64,000 bases of DNA, from positions 13,418 to 77,417 of the forward strand of contig JAOACB010000006.1 in the NCBI GenBank assembly GCA_026418055.1, given 5' to 3'. A program made the translations under genes and the position numbers. The stretch's first letter is position 1; every line of letters starts with the position of its first letter. This document shows, one piece after another, positions 46,255 to 55,249 of the stretch. A model generated the notes under the pieces. It made no database searches and was not told where the DNA came from. It was given only the letters and a program-made list of their open reading frames with translations. The DNA is from Fimbriimonadales bacterium (GTDB taxonomy: Bacteria; Armatimonadota; Fimbriimonadia; Fimbriimonadales; Fimbriimonadaceae).

Positions 46255-46995
46255 TCACTCCACCTTCAGCAGCTCCACCTCGTAAACGACGACGCTGTTC
46301 GGCGGGACGACGGCGCCGCGACCGTATGCGCCGAAGGCGAGCTGCGGAGGAAGGCGAACCCAGCGCTTGCCGCCGACCCGCATCCCCACGATCGCCTTCT
46401 CGAGGGCCCGCAGGACCTCGCCGTTGCCGATCGTGAACACCGCAGGCACGTTGCGCTGGCGCGAGTCGTCGAACACCTTTCCGTTCACCAGCTTGCCGAC
46501 GTAGTGGATCGTGACCTTGCTGCCGGGCTTGCCGTCCTTGGCGACGGCACCCGTCCCGACCTTGAGGTCCTTCTTGTCGTAAATGCGCTCTTCGCCGGCG
46601 CGCACGACGTCCAGCAGCTTCACGGTGAAGTACAGGTCGGTCCTTGGGGGGATGCGGTCCGTGCCGGTCGAGCCATACGCCTTCTCCCACGGCACCATCA
46701 GCTTGCGGATGCCACCGACGCGCATTCCCACGAGGCCCTCGTCCCAGCCCTTGATCACGTTGCCGGCGCCAAGGCGCAGCGCGAACGGGTTCGACCCCGG
46801 CTTGGCGTTGGAGTCGAACTGCTTCCCGTCCTTGAAGGTCCCCGTGTACTCCACGAGCAGAAGGTCGCCGTTCTTCACTGGCTGGCCTTGGCCGACCTTG
46901 ACATCGGTGATCTGAACGCGGCGCGGCTGCTGGGCTGGCGCGACCGCCGCGGCGCCCAGCAAACCGAGAGCGAGAAGTGGCGTCCAACAGCGCAT
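46255..46995 (-). CDS. Secreted tandem FKBP-type peptidyl-prolyl isomerase
   Basis: Two FKBP domains (VEYTGTFKDGKQFDS...IKGWDEGLVGMRVGG and IHYVGKLVNGKVFDDS...ALEKAIVGMRVGG). Confidence 0.85.
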   Translation of the reverse strand: MRCWTPLLALGLLGAAAVAPAQQPRRVQITDVKVGQGQPVKNGDLLLVEYTGTFKDGKQFDSNAKPGSNPFALRLGAGNVIKGWDEGLVGMRVGGIRKLMVPWEKAYGSTGTDRIPPRTDLYFTVKLLDVVRAGEERIYDKKDLKVGTGAVAKDGKPGSKVTIHYVGKLVNGKVFDDSRQRNVPAVFTIGNGEVLRALEKAIVGMRVGGKRWVRLPPQLAFGAYGRGAVVPPNSVVVYEVELLKVE

Positions 46996-47048
46996 AGCTT
47001 GGAATGTACCTACCTTCAACGCCCCGTTTGGTACACTCGGTTCCCCGC

Positions 47049-47534
47049 ATGGGCAAGCGCAAGGCCGATCCGAAATCCGACGCGGGCCCCGCGCGCATCC
47101 AGAACCGCAAGGCGCACTTCGACTACGAGATTCTGGAGCGCTACGAGGCGGGACTGGTGCTGCAGGGCACGGAGGTCAAGAGCCTGTTCAAGGGAAGGGC
47201 CAACCTCACAGACGCCTACTGCGAGGTGCGGGAGGGCGAGGTCTGGCTCCGGGAGGCCGACATCGAGCCGTACGACCACGCCACGCACTTCCAGCACGAG
47301 CGCCGCAGGGAAAGGAAGCTGCTGCTGCACAAGCGCGAGATCCGGCTGATCGCCCGACGGAGCCAGGAGAAGGGACTCACGATCGTGCCTCTGGCGGTGT
47401 ACTTCAAGCACGGCAAGGCAAAGGTCGAGATCGCCTTGGCCCGCGGCAAGCGGCAATACGACAAGAGGCGGCAGATCGCCCAAGAGGACGAGCGGCGCAC
47501 GCGGGAGCAGATCGCGCGGGGACGGCTTGGTTGA
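47049..47534 (+). CDS. smpB: SsrA-binding protein
   Basis: NRKAHFDYEILERYEAGLVLQGTEVKS...LLLHKREI...GLTIVPL pattern. Confidence 0.9.
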   Translation: MGKRKADPKSDAGPARIQNRKAHFDYEILERYEAGLVLQGTEVKSLFKGRANLTDAYCEVREGEVWLREADIEPYDHATHFQHERRRERKLLLHKREIRLIARRSQEKGLTIVPLAVYFKHGKAKVEIALARGKRQYDKRRQIAQEDERRTREQIARGRLG

Positions 47535-48195
47535 TCCCCTCCTTCAGGACGCCGAGGCATCTGCCGATGGTAGAGGTGTGGGGCAGAATCTGCTGAGAAT
47601 CGACTGGGCTGAGCCAGGCACGCCGGTTGCCATGCTGTACTTCGACGACGGCCAGCCTGCCTTCTCCAACTGCCGGGTGGCCACGACCCACCCCTTCACT
47701 CTGCGATGCGACGACGCCGCGGCTGAGCAGATCGAGCCGGGCCGACGGGTGTTGCTGGTTCTGAAGGACAAAGGCCACTTCGCCAAGGCCGAAACGAAGA
47801 TCCGAGCCGTGCGGACCAGCGGCGACGGCTGGATCCTGTATCCGGACGAGCACGCTTGGGAGCTGCTCGAGCAGCGGCGGTACCCCCGCTACAGGGTCGA
47901 GGTGCCGGCTCACGTGCGGCTCATTCAGGAGGCCGTCGGCGGGCCCACGGTCGCCAGCTACGAGGGGTGCACGACGGACCTGAGCCTGGGAGGTGCGTGG
48001 GTCGAGACGGTGGGTCAGCCCGAGGTCGGGACGCTGGTGGACGTTCGGCTGGATCTGCCCGGCGCGGGCTGGCAGAAGATGCTCGCCGTCGTGGCCCGGA
48101 ACCTCGAGGGCAGGCCCGGCTTCGCCGTCGAGTTCCTCGAGTACATCGGCGGAGCGCGCTTCAACCTGCAGGGGTTCCTGGAGCGCGCGGCCTAG
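47527..48195 (+). CDS. PilZ-domain protein (YcgR-like two-domain layout)
   Basis: RRYPRYR and DLSLGGA c-di-GMP-binding motifs in the C-terminal half. Start uncertain (TTG 47527, GTG 47578 or ATG 47632). Confidence 0.6.
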   Translation: MVDPLLQDAEASADGRGVGQNLLRIDWAEPGTPVAMLYFDDGQPAFSNCRVATTHPFTLRCDDAAAEQIEPGRRVLLVLKDKGHFAKAETKIRAVRTSGDGWILYPDEHAWELLEQRRYPRYRVEVPAHVRLIQEAVGGPTVASYEGCTTDLSLGGAWVETVGQPEVGTLVDVRLDLPGAGWQKMLAVVARNLEGRPGFAVEFLEYIGGARFNLQGFLERAA

Positions 48196-49025
48196 TCCGG
48201 CAGCCAGGTGCCCTCGAACACGGTCTCAGCGGGGCCGGTCATCAGGACGCGCCCGTCCTCCAGCCATTCGACGCGCAGCTCCCCGCCCGGAAGGCGAACG
48301 GTCACCGCTCGCTCCGCTCTGCCGGTCAGCGCGGCCGCGACGGTGCACGCGCAGGCTCCGGTCCCGCAGGCGAGCGTTGCGCCCGCCCCGCGCTCCCACG
48401 TTCGCTGAACCAGCCGCGTCGGACTCTCGACCTCGACGAAGTGCACGTTCGTGCGCTTGGGGAACAGCGGGTGGTTCTCCAGAGCGGGCCCCCACTCCTC
48501 CAAGGGAACCTCGGCGGCGCGCTCCACGAACACCACGAGGTGAGGGTTGCCCATCGACACCGCCGTTCCCAAGAACCGCCTGCCGCAGGCCTCGATCGGT
48601 TCCTCCACGAACCGGTCGTCGGGCTCTCCGGCCATCGGAATCTCGGCGCGGCGGAGTCGCGCCGGGCCCATGTCCACGCGCACATGGCCCTCGGGCGTCT
48701 CCTCGAGCGCCAGCACGCCCGCGCCCGTCTCGACGCGCAGCCTGGCGTCGCTGGCGTGGCCCTTCTGGCGCAGGAACCGCACGAAGCAGCGGATGCCGTT
48801 GCCGCACATCTCGCTCTCGGAGCCGTCCGGGTTGAACATCCGCATGCGGAAGCGCTCCTGCGCCCCGGCGACGAGCAGGATCAGACCGTCCGAGCCGATG
48901 CCGAACCGCCGGTCGCACATCCTGCGGGCGAGGTCCGGCAGAAGGGACTCCTCCACGGGGTGCCGCAAGCCGTCCAGCATCACGAAATCGTTGCCGATTC
49001 CGTGCATCTTGGTGAAGGGGATCAC
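48192..49025 (-). CDS. dapF: Diaminopimelate epimerase
   Basis: [39 protein letters not shown] catalytic Cys motifs. GTG overlaps the hfq stop (GTGA). Confidence 0.9.
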   Translation of the reverse strand: MIPFTKMHGIGNDFVMLDGLRHPVEESLLPDLARRMCDRRFGIGSDGLILLVAGAQERFRMRMFNPDGSESEMCGNGIRCFVRFLRQKGHASDARLRVETGAGVLALEETPEGHVRVDMGPARLRRAEIPMAGEPDDRFVEEPIEACGRRFLGTAVSMGNPHLVVFVERAAEVPLEEWGPALENHPLFPKRTNVHFVEVESPTRLVQRTWERGAGATLACGTGACACTVAAALTGRAERAVTVRLPGGELRVEWLEDGRVLMTGPAETVFEGTWLPD

Positions 49026-49276
49026 TCTTCGCTCGCCTGGTGCTCTTGAGGCTGGGGCCGACCGCCCACGGGGCGCGACGGCACGATGCTGGCGATGGCG
49101 TGTTTGTACACGAGCTGAGTCGGCTTGCCGGCGGAGTCGAGCAGGACGGTGAACGCGTCGAACCCCCGAACCTGGCCGCGCAGCTGGACGCTGTTCGTGA
49201 GGTAGATCGTCACCCCGATCCCCTCCTTGCGCACCTGGTTCAGGAACATGTCTTGCAGGTTGATCGTTTTGGCCAT
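49022..49276 (-). CDS. hfq: RNA chaperone Hfq
   Basis: [40 protein letters not shown]...YKHAIASI are the Sm1/Sm2 motifs. Confidence 0.9.
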   Translation of the reverse strand: MAKTINLQDMFLNQVRKEGIGVTIYLTNSVQLRGQVRGFDAFTVLLDSAGKPTQLVYKHAIASIVPSRPVGGRPQPQEHQASEE

Positions 49277-49294
49277 CGATTCTCAAACCTCACG

Positions 49295-50188
49295 TCAAAT
49301 CAAGGTCAGATTCGCCTCCGCCTCGCCGATCTGCTCCTCCATCGCCGCGTTCCACCGCAGAGGCCGCAGGCCCGGCTCGGAGCGCAGCCAAGTTCGCTGG
49401 CGCTTGGCGTACTGGACCGTGGCTCGCAGGATGCGTACCTCGGCATCAAGGATAGCACACCGGCCTTCGAGAACGTCCCAAAGTTCGCGGTAGCCGATCG
49501 CCCGGAGCCCGGGGGCGTTCCGCGGCACCCCCCGCTCGCGCAACCTCCGCACCTCGTCGAGCCAGCCTTCCGCGAGCATGCGTTCGAGTCGGGCTCGGAC
49601 GCGGAGCCGCGTCTCGTCGGGGCTCGGGATCAGGGCGAGCTTGGCCTTGCGGAACGGCGGCAAGGGCCGGCGCTGGCGTTTCGGCGGGTGGAGCGCCCGC
49701 TCGAGGGCCCGGACCACCCGCACGGGGTTCCTGGGATCCACCCTGTCGGCGGCCTGCGGATCGAGCTCCCGCAGGCGCTCGAAGACCCTCTGCGCTCCCA
49801 CCGCGTCGGCCCAGGCCCGGATCTCCGCGCGCTCCTGAGGGTTCGGCGGCTCGGCCATGTCGGCGTATTCCTCGAAGAGCGCGCGGATGTACAGGCCGGT
49901 CCCTCCCGCCACCACGACGCTGCGGCCCTCAAGGAAGGCTTCTTCGAGGATGCGGCGCGCCCGCTCGACCCACTCTCCGACCGTCAGCTGCTCCGTGGGG
50001 TCCTTGATGTCCAGCAGCTCGTAGCGTTCCCTTCGAGTCGGTTTGGCGGTGCCGATGTCGAGGCCCCGGTAGCACTGGAAGGCGTCGGCGTTCACCAGCC
50101 TCGCCCCCCACCGGTCGGCGAGCGCATCGGCGAGCGCGGTCTTGCCGGAGGCGGTGGGTCCCATCACGGCGACCAGCGCCGGACGCAT
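49295..50188 (-). CDS. miaA: tRNA dimethylallyltransferase
   Basis: P-loop GPTASGKT, RGLDIGTAKPT. Conserved miaA-hfq order. Confidence 0.9.
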   Translation of the reverse strand: MRPALVAVMGPTASGKTALADALADRWGARLVNADAFQCYRGLDIGTAKPTRRERYELLDIKDPTEQLTVGEWVERARRILEEAFLEGRSVVVAGGTGLYIRALFEEYADMAEPPNPQERAEIRAWADAVGAQRVFERLRELDPQAADRVDPRNPVRVVRALERALHPPKRQRRPLPPFRKAKLALIPSPDETRLRVRARLERMLAEGWLDEVRRLRERGVPRNAPGLRAIGYRELWDVLEGRCAILDAEVRILRATVQYAKRQRTWLRSEPGLRPLRWNAAMEEQIGEAEANLTLI

Positions 50189-50190
50189 GC

Positions 50191-50721
50191 TCAGTACTCG
50201 ATCAGCGCGTGGATCGGGTAGTCGGTCAGGATCTTGCGACCCTCGAGGAACAGCAGCTCGACCAGGAAGCCGAATCCGCAGACGTTGCCGCCGAGCCTTT
50301 CGACGAGGCGTGCGGTAGCCGCCGCCGTTCCTCCCGTGGCGAGCAGGTCGTCCACCACGTACACCCTGCTGCCCGGGTGCACCGCATCGACGTGCATCTC
50401 CACGGTGTTCGTGCCGTACTCCAGCGCGTACTCCTCGCTGATGCGCTCGTAGGGGAGCTTGCCCAGCTTCCGGGCCGGGGCGAACGGCACGCCGAGCTGC
50501 AGGGCGATCGGCGTCCCGAAGATGAAGCCGCGCGACTCGATGCCCACGACGGCCTCTGCGCCCTTCCTGCGGGCGTCCTGGCTCAACAGGTCGATCGCCT
50601 CCGCGAACGCCGCCGGGTGTTGGAGCACCGGTGTGATGTCCTTGAAGAGCACGCCCTCCTTCGGAAAGTCGGGCACGTCGCGGATCAGGCTCTTGGCGAG
50701 GATTTCCGGCATCGGCGCCAT
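50191..50721 (-). CDS. apt: Adenine phosphoribosyltransferase
   Basis: IRDVPDFPKEGVLFKDITP, VYVVDDLLATGGTA PRPP motif. Confidence 0.9.
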   Translation of the reverse strand: MAPMPEILAKSLIRDVPDFPKEGVLFKDITPVLQHPAAFAEAIDLLSQDARRKGAEAVVGIESRGFIFGTPIALQLGVPFAPARKLGKLPYERISEEYALEYGTNTVEMHVDAVHPGSRVYVVDDLLATGGTAAATARLVERLGGNVCGFGFLVELLFLEGRKILTDYPIHALIEY

Positions 50722-50737
50722 TCTACCAGCGAGCGCC

Positions 50738-51295
50738 TCAGGCCTCCACGCGAGGCGCCTGCTCCACGCTCCTCTCGGGCTCGAAGAACTCGGCGGGGCG
50801 GAATCCCCCCAGCGCGGCGAACAGGCTGCTGGGGAAGGTCTCGATCGCGGTGTTGTAGTCCCGCACGCACGCGTTGTAGTACTTGCGGGCGTTGGCGATG
50901 GCGTCCTCGGTCTCCGTCAGCTCCGCCTGCAGCTGGAGGAAGTTGGCGGAGGCCTTCAGCTCGGGATAGGCCTCCGCGAGCACCAGGGCGCGCTCGAGGC
51001 CGGAGCCGAGACGCCCCTCCGCCGCGGAGCGCTCGGAGGGAGTCTTGGCTGCCAGCGCCTGGGCCCTCGCCTGGGAGACCGCCTCCAACGCTCCCTGCTC
51101 GTGGCGCGCGTAGGCCCGGACGGCCTCCACGATGTTCGGTACCAGGTCGGCGCGGCGGTTGAGGTGCACGCTGATGTCGCTCCAGGCGTTCCGGGTCAGC
51201 TGGCGCAGGTAGACGAGCCGGTTGAAGCGGCTGATTCCGTAGGCGAGCGCGGCGCCCAACAAAACGGCGGCGATCCAGAGGCCGTCCACGGTCAA
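50738..51295 (-). CDS. lemA: LemA family membrane protein
   Basis: N-terminal TM then RFNRLV...AWSDISVHLNRRADLVPNIVE...ARKYYNACVRDYNTAIETFP. TTG 51295 overlaps the upstream TGA (or GTG 51289). Confidence 0.8.
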   Translation of the reverse strand: MTVDGLWIAAVLLGAALAYGISRFNRLVYLRQLTRNAWSDISVHLNRRADLVPNIVEAVRAYARHEQGALEAVSQARAQALAAKTPSERSAAEGRLGSGLERALVLAEAYPELKASANFLQLQAELTETEDAIANARKYYNACVRDYNTAIETFPSSLFAALGGFRPAEFFEPERSVEQAPRVEA

Positions 51296-51615
51296 GGCTC
51301 CAGAGGGATGCCCGGGTCCCAACCCTTGTCGCTGGCGCGCATCAGCACCTCCACCTCCATGTCTCGGTCCACCCGGATCTGGCACGACAGGCGGAAGTTG
51401 CCGAGCTCGCCGTCCTCCTCGAGGCATCGGCGCTCCGCCTCGCCCATCGGGGGCTCTTCGCTCAGGAACCGAACACGGCACGTGGTGCACCGGGCCTGCC
51501 CGCCGCACCGGTGGCTGATGTCGAAGCCGGACTGCTCGATCGCTAGAGCCAGCTTGGCGCCCTCCTCCACTTCGAAGGTCTTGTGGCCGACGACGGTCAC
51601 GCGGTGGATGCCCAT
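51292..51615 (-). CDS. 2Fe-2S ferredoxin-like protein (107 aa)
   Basis: Cys pattern HRCGGQARCTTCRV...LSCQ typical of plant/vertebrate-type 2Fe-2S folds. ATG 51615 chosen within a longer ORF call. Confidence 0.65.
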   Translation of the reverse strand: MGIHRVTVVGHKTFEVEEGAKLALAIEQSGFDISHRCGGQARCTTCRVRFLSEEPPMGEAERRCLEEDGELGNFRLSCQIRVDRDMEVEVLMRASDKGWDPGIPLEP

Positions 51616-51691
51616 GCGGCTGAATCTACCCTCTGAAGGCTCCGGGACGGGCTTGCGACGCCGAATGCCGCAACGGCTACACTCCGAGGCC

Positions 51692-52816
51692 ATGGTTCGC
51701 CCGGACCGACTGTTCCGCCTGTTCCGCGAGCTGTGCCTGATCGACGCGCCCGCGCTGCGGGAGGCCGAATGCGTGGCGTTCGTCAAACGGAAGCTCACGG
51801 ACCTGGGCCTGGAGGTGCGGGAGGATTCCGCTGGTTCCGCGATCGGTGGCAACGCGAACAACCTGATCGCCCGCTTGCCTGCCACTGCCCCAGGGTTTCC
51901 CCGCGTGTTCCTGTCGGCGCACTTCGACACCGTGGAGCCAACCGCGGGATTGGAGATCGAGGAAACGGAGGAGCTTTTCCGCTCGAAGTCGGACACGATC
52001 CTTGGGGCGGACAACAAGGCCGGCATGGCGCCCGCGATCGAGGCCGTGGAGTCCATCCTGGAGGACGGAACCCCTCACGGAGACATCTGGCTCTTGTTCT
52101 CGGTGGCGGAGGAGATCGGTCTGAAGGGAGCGGCGGCCATGGACCTCTCGGGCGTGGAGGCGGACTTGGGGTACGTGCTGGACACGGGCCCTCCCGTGGG
52201 GACCTACGTGACCCGCACGGGAACGCACTACCGCGTCGCGGCAAGGCTCATCGGCAGGCCGGCGCACTCGGGCAAGGACCCCGAGAAGGGCGTGAGCGCG
52301 GTGCAGATCCTCGCCGACGCGGTGCATGGCATGCGGCTGGGCCGGGTCGCCGACGAGCTCACGGCCAACCTCGGTCTGGTGAAGGGGGGCAGCGCCGCGA
52401 ACGTCGTTTGCCCATTGATCGAGGTGGTGGGGGAGGCTCGCGGAACCGACCTCGCCGCGCTTCAGGAGCAGATCGACCACATGGTGCTGCGGTTCCACGA
52501 GGCTGCGGAGCGGCGGGGTGGGAGAGCAGAGGTCGAGGTCTCCAAGCACTACGACGGGTACTCGCTCTCGCCGGAGGATCGCGTGGTTCGAAGGGCCGTC
52601 GCCGCCAGCCGGTCCCTGGGTCTCGAGCCGGAGCTGAAGTGGACCCTGGGCGGGAGCGACGCCAACGTGTTCAATTCGCGCGGCATCCCGACCGTCGTGG
52701 TCGGCACCGGCATGCAGAAGATCCACACGCACGAGGAGTTCGTGACGAAGAGGGACCTGGTGGAGACGGCTCGGCTCGCCGAGCGGCTGCTGCTTCTCCC
52801 GCGGGACGTGGATTGA
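51692..52816 (+). CDS. M20/M42-type metallopeptidase (peptidase T-like)
   Basis: FLSAHFDTV, GADNKAGMA, VAEEIGLKGA, HSG metal-ligand motifs. Confidence 0.8.
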   Translation: MVRPDRLFRLFRELCLIDAPALREAECVAFVKRKLTDLGLEVREDSAGSAIGGNANNLIARLPATAPGFPRVFLSAHFDTVEPTAGLEIEETEELFRSKSDTILGADNKAGMAPAIEAVESILEDGTPHGDIWLLFSVAEEIGLKGAAAMDLSGVEADLGYVLDTGPPVGTYVTRTGTHYRVAARLIGRPAHSGKDPEKGVSAVQILADAVHGMRLGRVADELTANLGLVKGGSAANVVCPLIEVVGEARGTDLAALQEQIDHMVLRFHEAAERRGGRAEVEVSKHYDGYSLSPEDRVVRRAVAASRSLGLEPELKWTLGGSDANVFNSRGIPTVVVGTGMQKIHTHEEFVTKRDLVETARLAERLLLLPRDVD

Positions 52817-52909
52817 GGGAACTTTCTCCGCGAGAGGCTTGACTTTCGAACCATCCTGACTCCATGCTGGAAAGGGCGCTCTCAGGCACCCAAAAAGGAG
52901 GTTCGAACC

Positions 52910-53482
52910 ATGAAAAGCCTCGCTGCGCTGGCGGTCGCCGCCGCCTTGTCGGCGGGTCTGACGGCCGTGGCGCCCGCCCAGGAAGCCAAGCCCCTGGGAC
53001 TGTCCATCCGAGCCGGCGGGTTCTTTCCCACGGACTCCGACGCCAAGGACGAGAGCGACGTCTGGTTCGCGCTCGGCTTGGAATACAAGCTCGCCAATCT
53101 CACGCTCCAGCAGCAGCAGTCGACGACGACCCACCTGTCGCTGTCGGCCGACTGGTTCGAGTCGGGCGACTTCCGTCAGTTCCCGTTGCTGCTCAACCTG
53201 GTCGCGACGCAGGAGCAGACCTACTTCTCGGTCGGGGTGGGCCTGACGTTTGCCGAGTACGGTCGGTGGGTTTCCGGCGACGACGAGCCGCAAGAGGGTC
53301 CCGCCGGATTGTCGGACAACGACGAGTGGCGCACGGACGAGGACACGCTCTTCGCCTACTCGATCGGCATCGGCTACCGCTTCCAGCAGGGTTCCACGCC
53401 GGTGTTCCTGGAAGCCCGGTACTTCGGTTGCGAGAAGTCGGTGCTCAACGGCTTCGCGGTGTACGTCGGCGTGAAGCTCTAG
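52910..53482 (+). CDS. Small 8-strand outer-membrane beta-barrel protein, paralog 1
   Basis: Signal peptide ending APAQE. Alternating-hydrophobic strands. AAGGAGG SD 7 nt upstream. Confidence 0.6.
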   Translation: MKSLAALAVAAALSAGLTAVAPAQEAKPLGLSIRAGGFFPTDSDAKDESDVWFALGLEYKLANLTLQQQQSTTTHLSLSADWFESGDFRQFPLLLNLVATQEQTYFSVGVGLTFAEYGRWVSGDDEPQEGPAGLSDNDEWRTDEDTLFAYSIGIGYRFQQGSTPVFLEARYFGCEKSVLNGFAVYVGVKL

Positions 53483-53500
53483 CGCGACGGAGCGCGATTC

Positions 53501-53526
53501 GGGCGGGCGCATCGCGGCGCCCGCCC
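53501..53526 (+). terminator. GC hairpin (10-bp stem, 6-nt loop) after paralog 1
   Basis: GGGCGGGCGC-ATCGCG-GCGCCCGCCC. No U-tract. Confidence 0.35.
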
Positions 53527-53635
53527 GCGGTCGTGCGTTGCGCAAGGCGGCGGGACGTGTTGACAGACTCCTGTGCCATTCGTCAAGCTGGAACTCAGGC
53601 GCGGAACGAAGCGCCCTCAAGGAGGACATGCATCG

Positions 53636-54148
53636 ATGAAGGCATTGACAGGTATCGTCGCCGCCGCGGCTCTGTTCGGTTTTTCGGGCGCCGCCTTCGC
53701 ACAGGAGACCAAGCCGATCGGCTTGTCGGTCCGCATCGGGGGATTCTTCCCGCAGACCTCGGACGCCAAGGATGAGGCGGACGTCTGGTTCGCCGCCGGC
53801 TTGGAGTACAAGCTGTCCGATCTCAACCTCGGCCAGACCGAGGGCTACACCTCGCACCTCTCCCTGTCCGCCGACTGGTACGAGTCGGGCGACTTCCGTG
53901 GCCTGCCGGTCCTCGTGAACTATGTGGGCATGAAGAACCAGTTCTTCTACTCCGTGGGCGCGGGCCTGTCGTTCGCCAAGTGGGTGGGCCGCAACGGCAC
54001 GGACGAGGACTCGATCTTCGCCTACTCGGTGGCGATCGGCTACCAGTTCCAGCAGGGCCAGACGCCCGCTTTCGTCGAGGCTCGCTACTTCGGGAACGAG
54101 AAGTCGGACCTGGATGGCTTCGTGTTCTCGGTCGGCGTTCGTCTCTGA
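53636..54148 (+). CDS. Small 8-strand outer-membrane beta-barrel protein, paralog 2
   Basis: Collinear with paralog 1 (KP.GLS.R.GGFFP..SDAKDE.DVWFA.GLEYKL...HLSLSADW.ESGDFR...EARYFG.EKS). AAGGAGG SD. Confidence 0.6.
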   Translation: MKALTGIVAAAALFGFSGAAFAQETKPIGLSVRIGGFFPQTSDAKDEADVWFAAGLEYKLSDLNLGQTEGYTSHLSLSADWYESGDFRGLPVLVNYVGMKNQFFYSVGAGLSFAKWVGRNGTDEDSIFAYSVAIGYQFQQGQTPAFVEARYFGNEKSDLDGFVFSVGVRL

Positions 54149-54166
54149 GGCCTGCCCGTGGTTCGA

Positions 54167-54207
54167 AAGCCCGCGCGCCCGATGCGGCGCGCGGGCTTCG
54201 CCGTTTT
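54167..54207 (+). terminator. Intrinsic terminator after paralog 2
   Basis: 13-bp stem AAGCCCGCGCGCC/GGCGCGCGGGCTT with loop CGATGC, followed by a TTTT tract at 54204-54207. Confidence 0.6.
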
Positions 54208-54260
54208 CGGAGCGGCGCGACCGAACCGAACCGGGGTTCCGAGCGTCATGGCGTTGGAGG

Positions 54261-54884
54261 ATGGACACGAGGGCCGAAAGCTGTTGGGTCCGGACGGAGG
54301 ACCTGGTCGCGGCGCGACGCGACGAGGAGCACGCCTTGTCGGACCTCGCCCCCGAGAACTTCGGGAGGATTGTGGACGCCTACCAGTCGCGGCTGTACGG
54401 ATTCGTCCGCCGAATGCTGCAGGACGAGGAGGAGGCCCTGGACGTGACGCAGGAGGCGTTCGTTCGCGCCTTCCGGTCGCTGGACCGGTTCGACCGACGT
54501 TGCTCGCTGAGGGCTTGGCTGTTCCGCATCGCGCACAACCTGTGCATCGACCGTTGCCGGCGCCGAAGGACGCGCGTCGAGGAGGAGTCGCTCGAGGCCG
54601 CGGAGGGACTCGATGGGGACCTGCGGACGAGCGACAGCCGCTGGAATCCTGAGACCGTGGCTCTCACCGGCGAGCTTTTGGCGGCGGTCGATCGCGCCGT
54701 GGATCGGCTGAGCCCAAAGCTCAAAGCCGTGCTGATGCTCCACGACCGCGAGCAACTTTCCTATGAGGAGATCGCCGGTGTGCTCCGGTTGCCTCTCGGG
54801 ACCGTCAAGAGCCGCCTGTTCGCGGCCCGGGAGAGCGTGGCCGCCTCCGTGCGCCGCTACCTGGAGGAAGCGGAACAGGTATGA
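54261..54884 (+). CDS. ECF-type sigma-70 family factor
   Basis: Region 2 (LRAWLFRIAHNLCIDRCRR) and region 4 (REQLSYEEIAGVLRLPLGTVKSRLFAARE). The N-terminal part of the ORF call contains the upstream terminator, so ATG 54261 is used. Confidence 0.85.
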   Translation: MDTRAESCWVRTEDLVAARRDEEHALSDLAPENFGRIVDAYQSRLYGFVRRMLQDEEEALDVTQEAFVRAFRSLDRFDRRCSLRAWLFRIAHNLCIDRCRRRRTRVEEESLEAAEGLDGDLRTSDSRWNPETVALTGELLAAVDRAVDRLSPKLKAVLMLHDREQLSYEEIAGVLRLPLGTVKSRLFAARESVAASVRRYLEEAEQV

Positions 54885-55249
54885 GAGAGCCGCAGCGCCA
54901 CCCCGTGGAAGATTGGATGCGGGCGTTGCCCGAGGAGCAACCCAGCTTGGCTTGGCGGGCCGCCCTGAACGAGCGGCTGGCCAGGGAGGCCCGGAGAAGG
55001 CCCTTCCGTCGCGCCTTCGCCGCCTCTGGCCTCGCCGCGGCGGCGCTGGCCGCTTGCGCAGTCTGGATGGCCGTCGTGCACCGTCGGGAGGGCGCCGAAG
55101 CCCTCCAGGAGGAGCTGGTGGCGATGCACCGGACCTTTGAGCTGGGGCTCGACGTCGTGGGACCGGGCCTCCTTCCCGAGGAGTCGGCCATCGGCGGCTC
55201 CGCGGAGCCGCCTTGGGTGTGGTCGGAGTCGGACTTGGAGGCGCTGTGA
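54881..55249 (+). CDS. Putative single-pass anti-sigma factor
   Basis: ATGA overlap with the sigma gene. One TM (FAASGLAAAALAACAVWMAVV). Confidence 0.55.
   Translation: MREPQRHPVEDWMRALPEEQPSLAWRAALNERLAREARRRPFRRAFAASGLAAAALAACAVWMAVVHRREGAEALQEELVAMHRTFELGLDVVGPGLLPEESAIGGSAEPPWVWSESDLEAL

Noticed and set aside
52817-52909. GGAACTT motif and duplicated TTCGAACCAT 10-mer upstream of OMP paralog 1 as an ECF (sigma-E-type) promoter or repeat element
   Set aside because: The spacing to any TCAAA- or CGTC-like -10 does not fit, and the equivalent region upstream of paralog 2 does not align convincingly. The 10-mer repeat contains the palindrome TTCGAA and could be chance.
51677-54268. 863-aa minus-strand ORF across the M20 peptidase and both OMP genes
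   Set aside because: Same reasoning. It also runs through two intergenic regions that contain SD sequences and terminator hairpins for the plus-strand genes.
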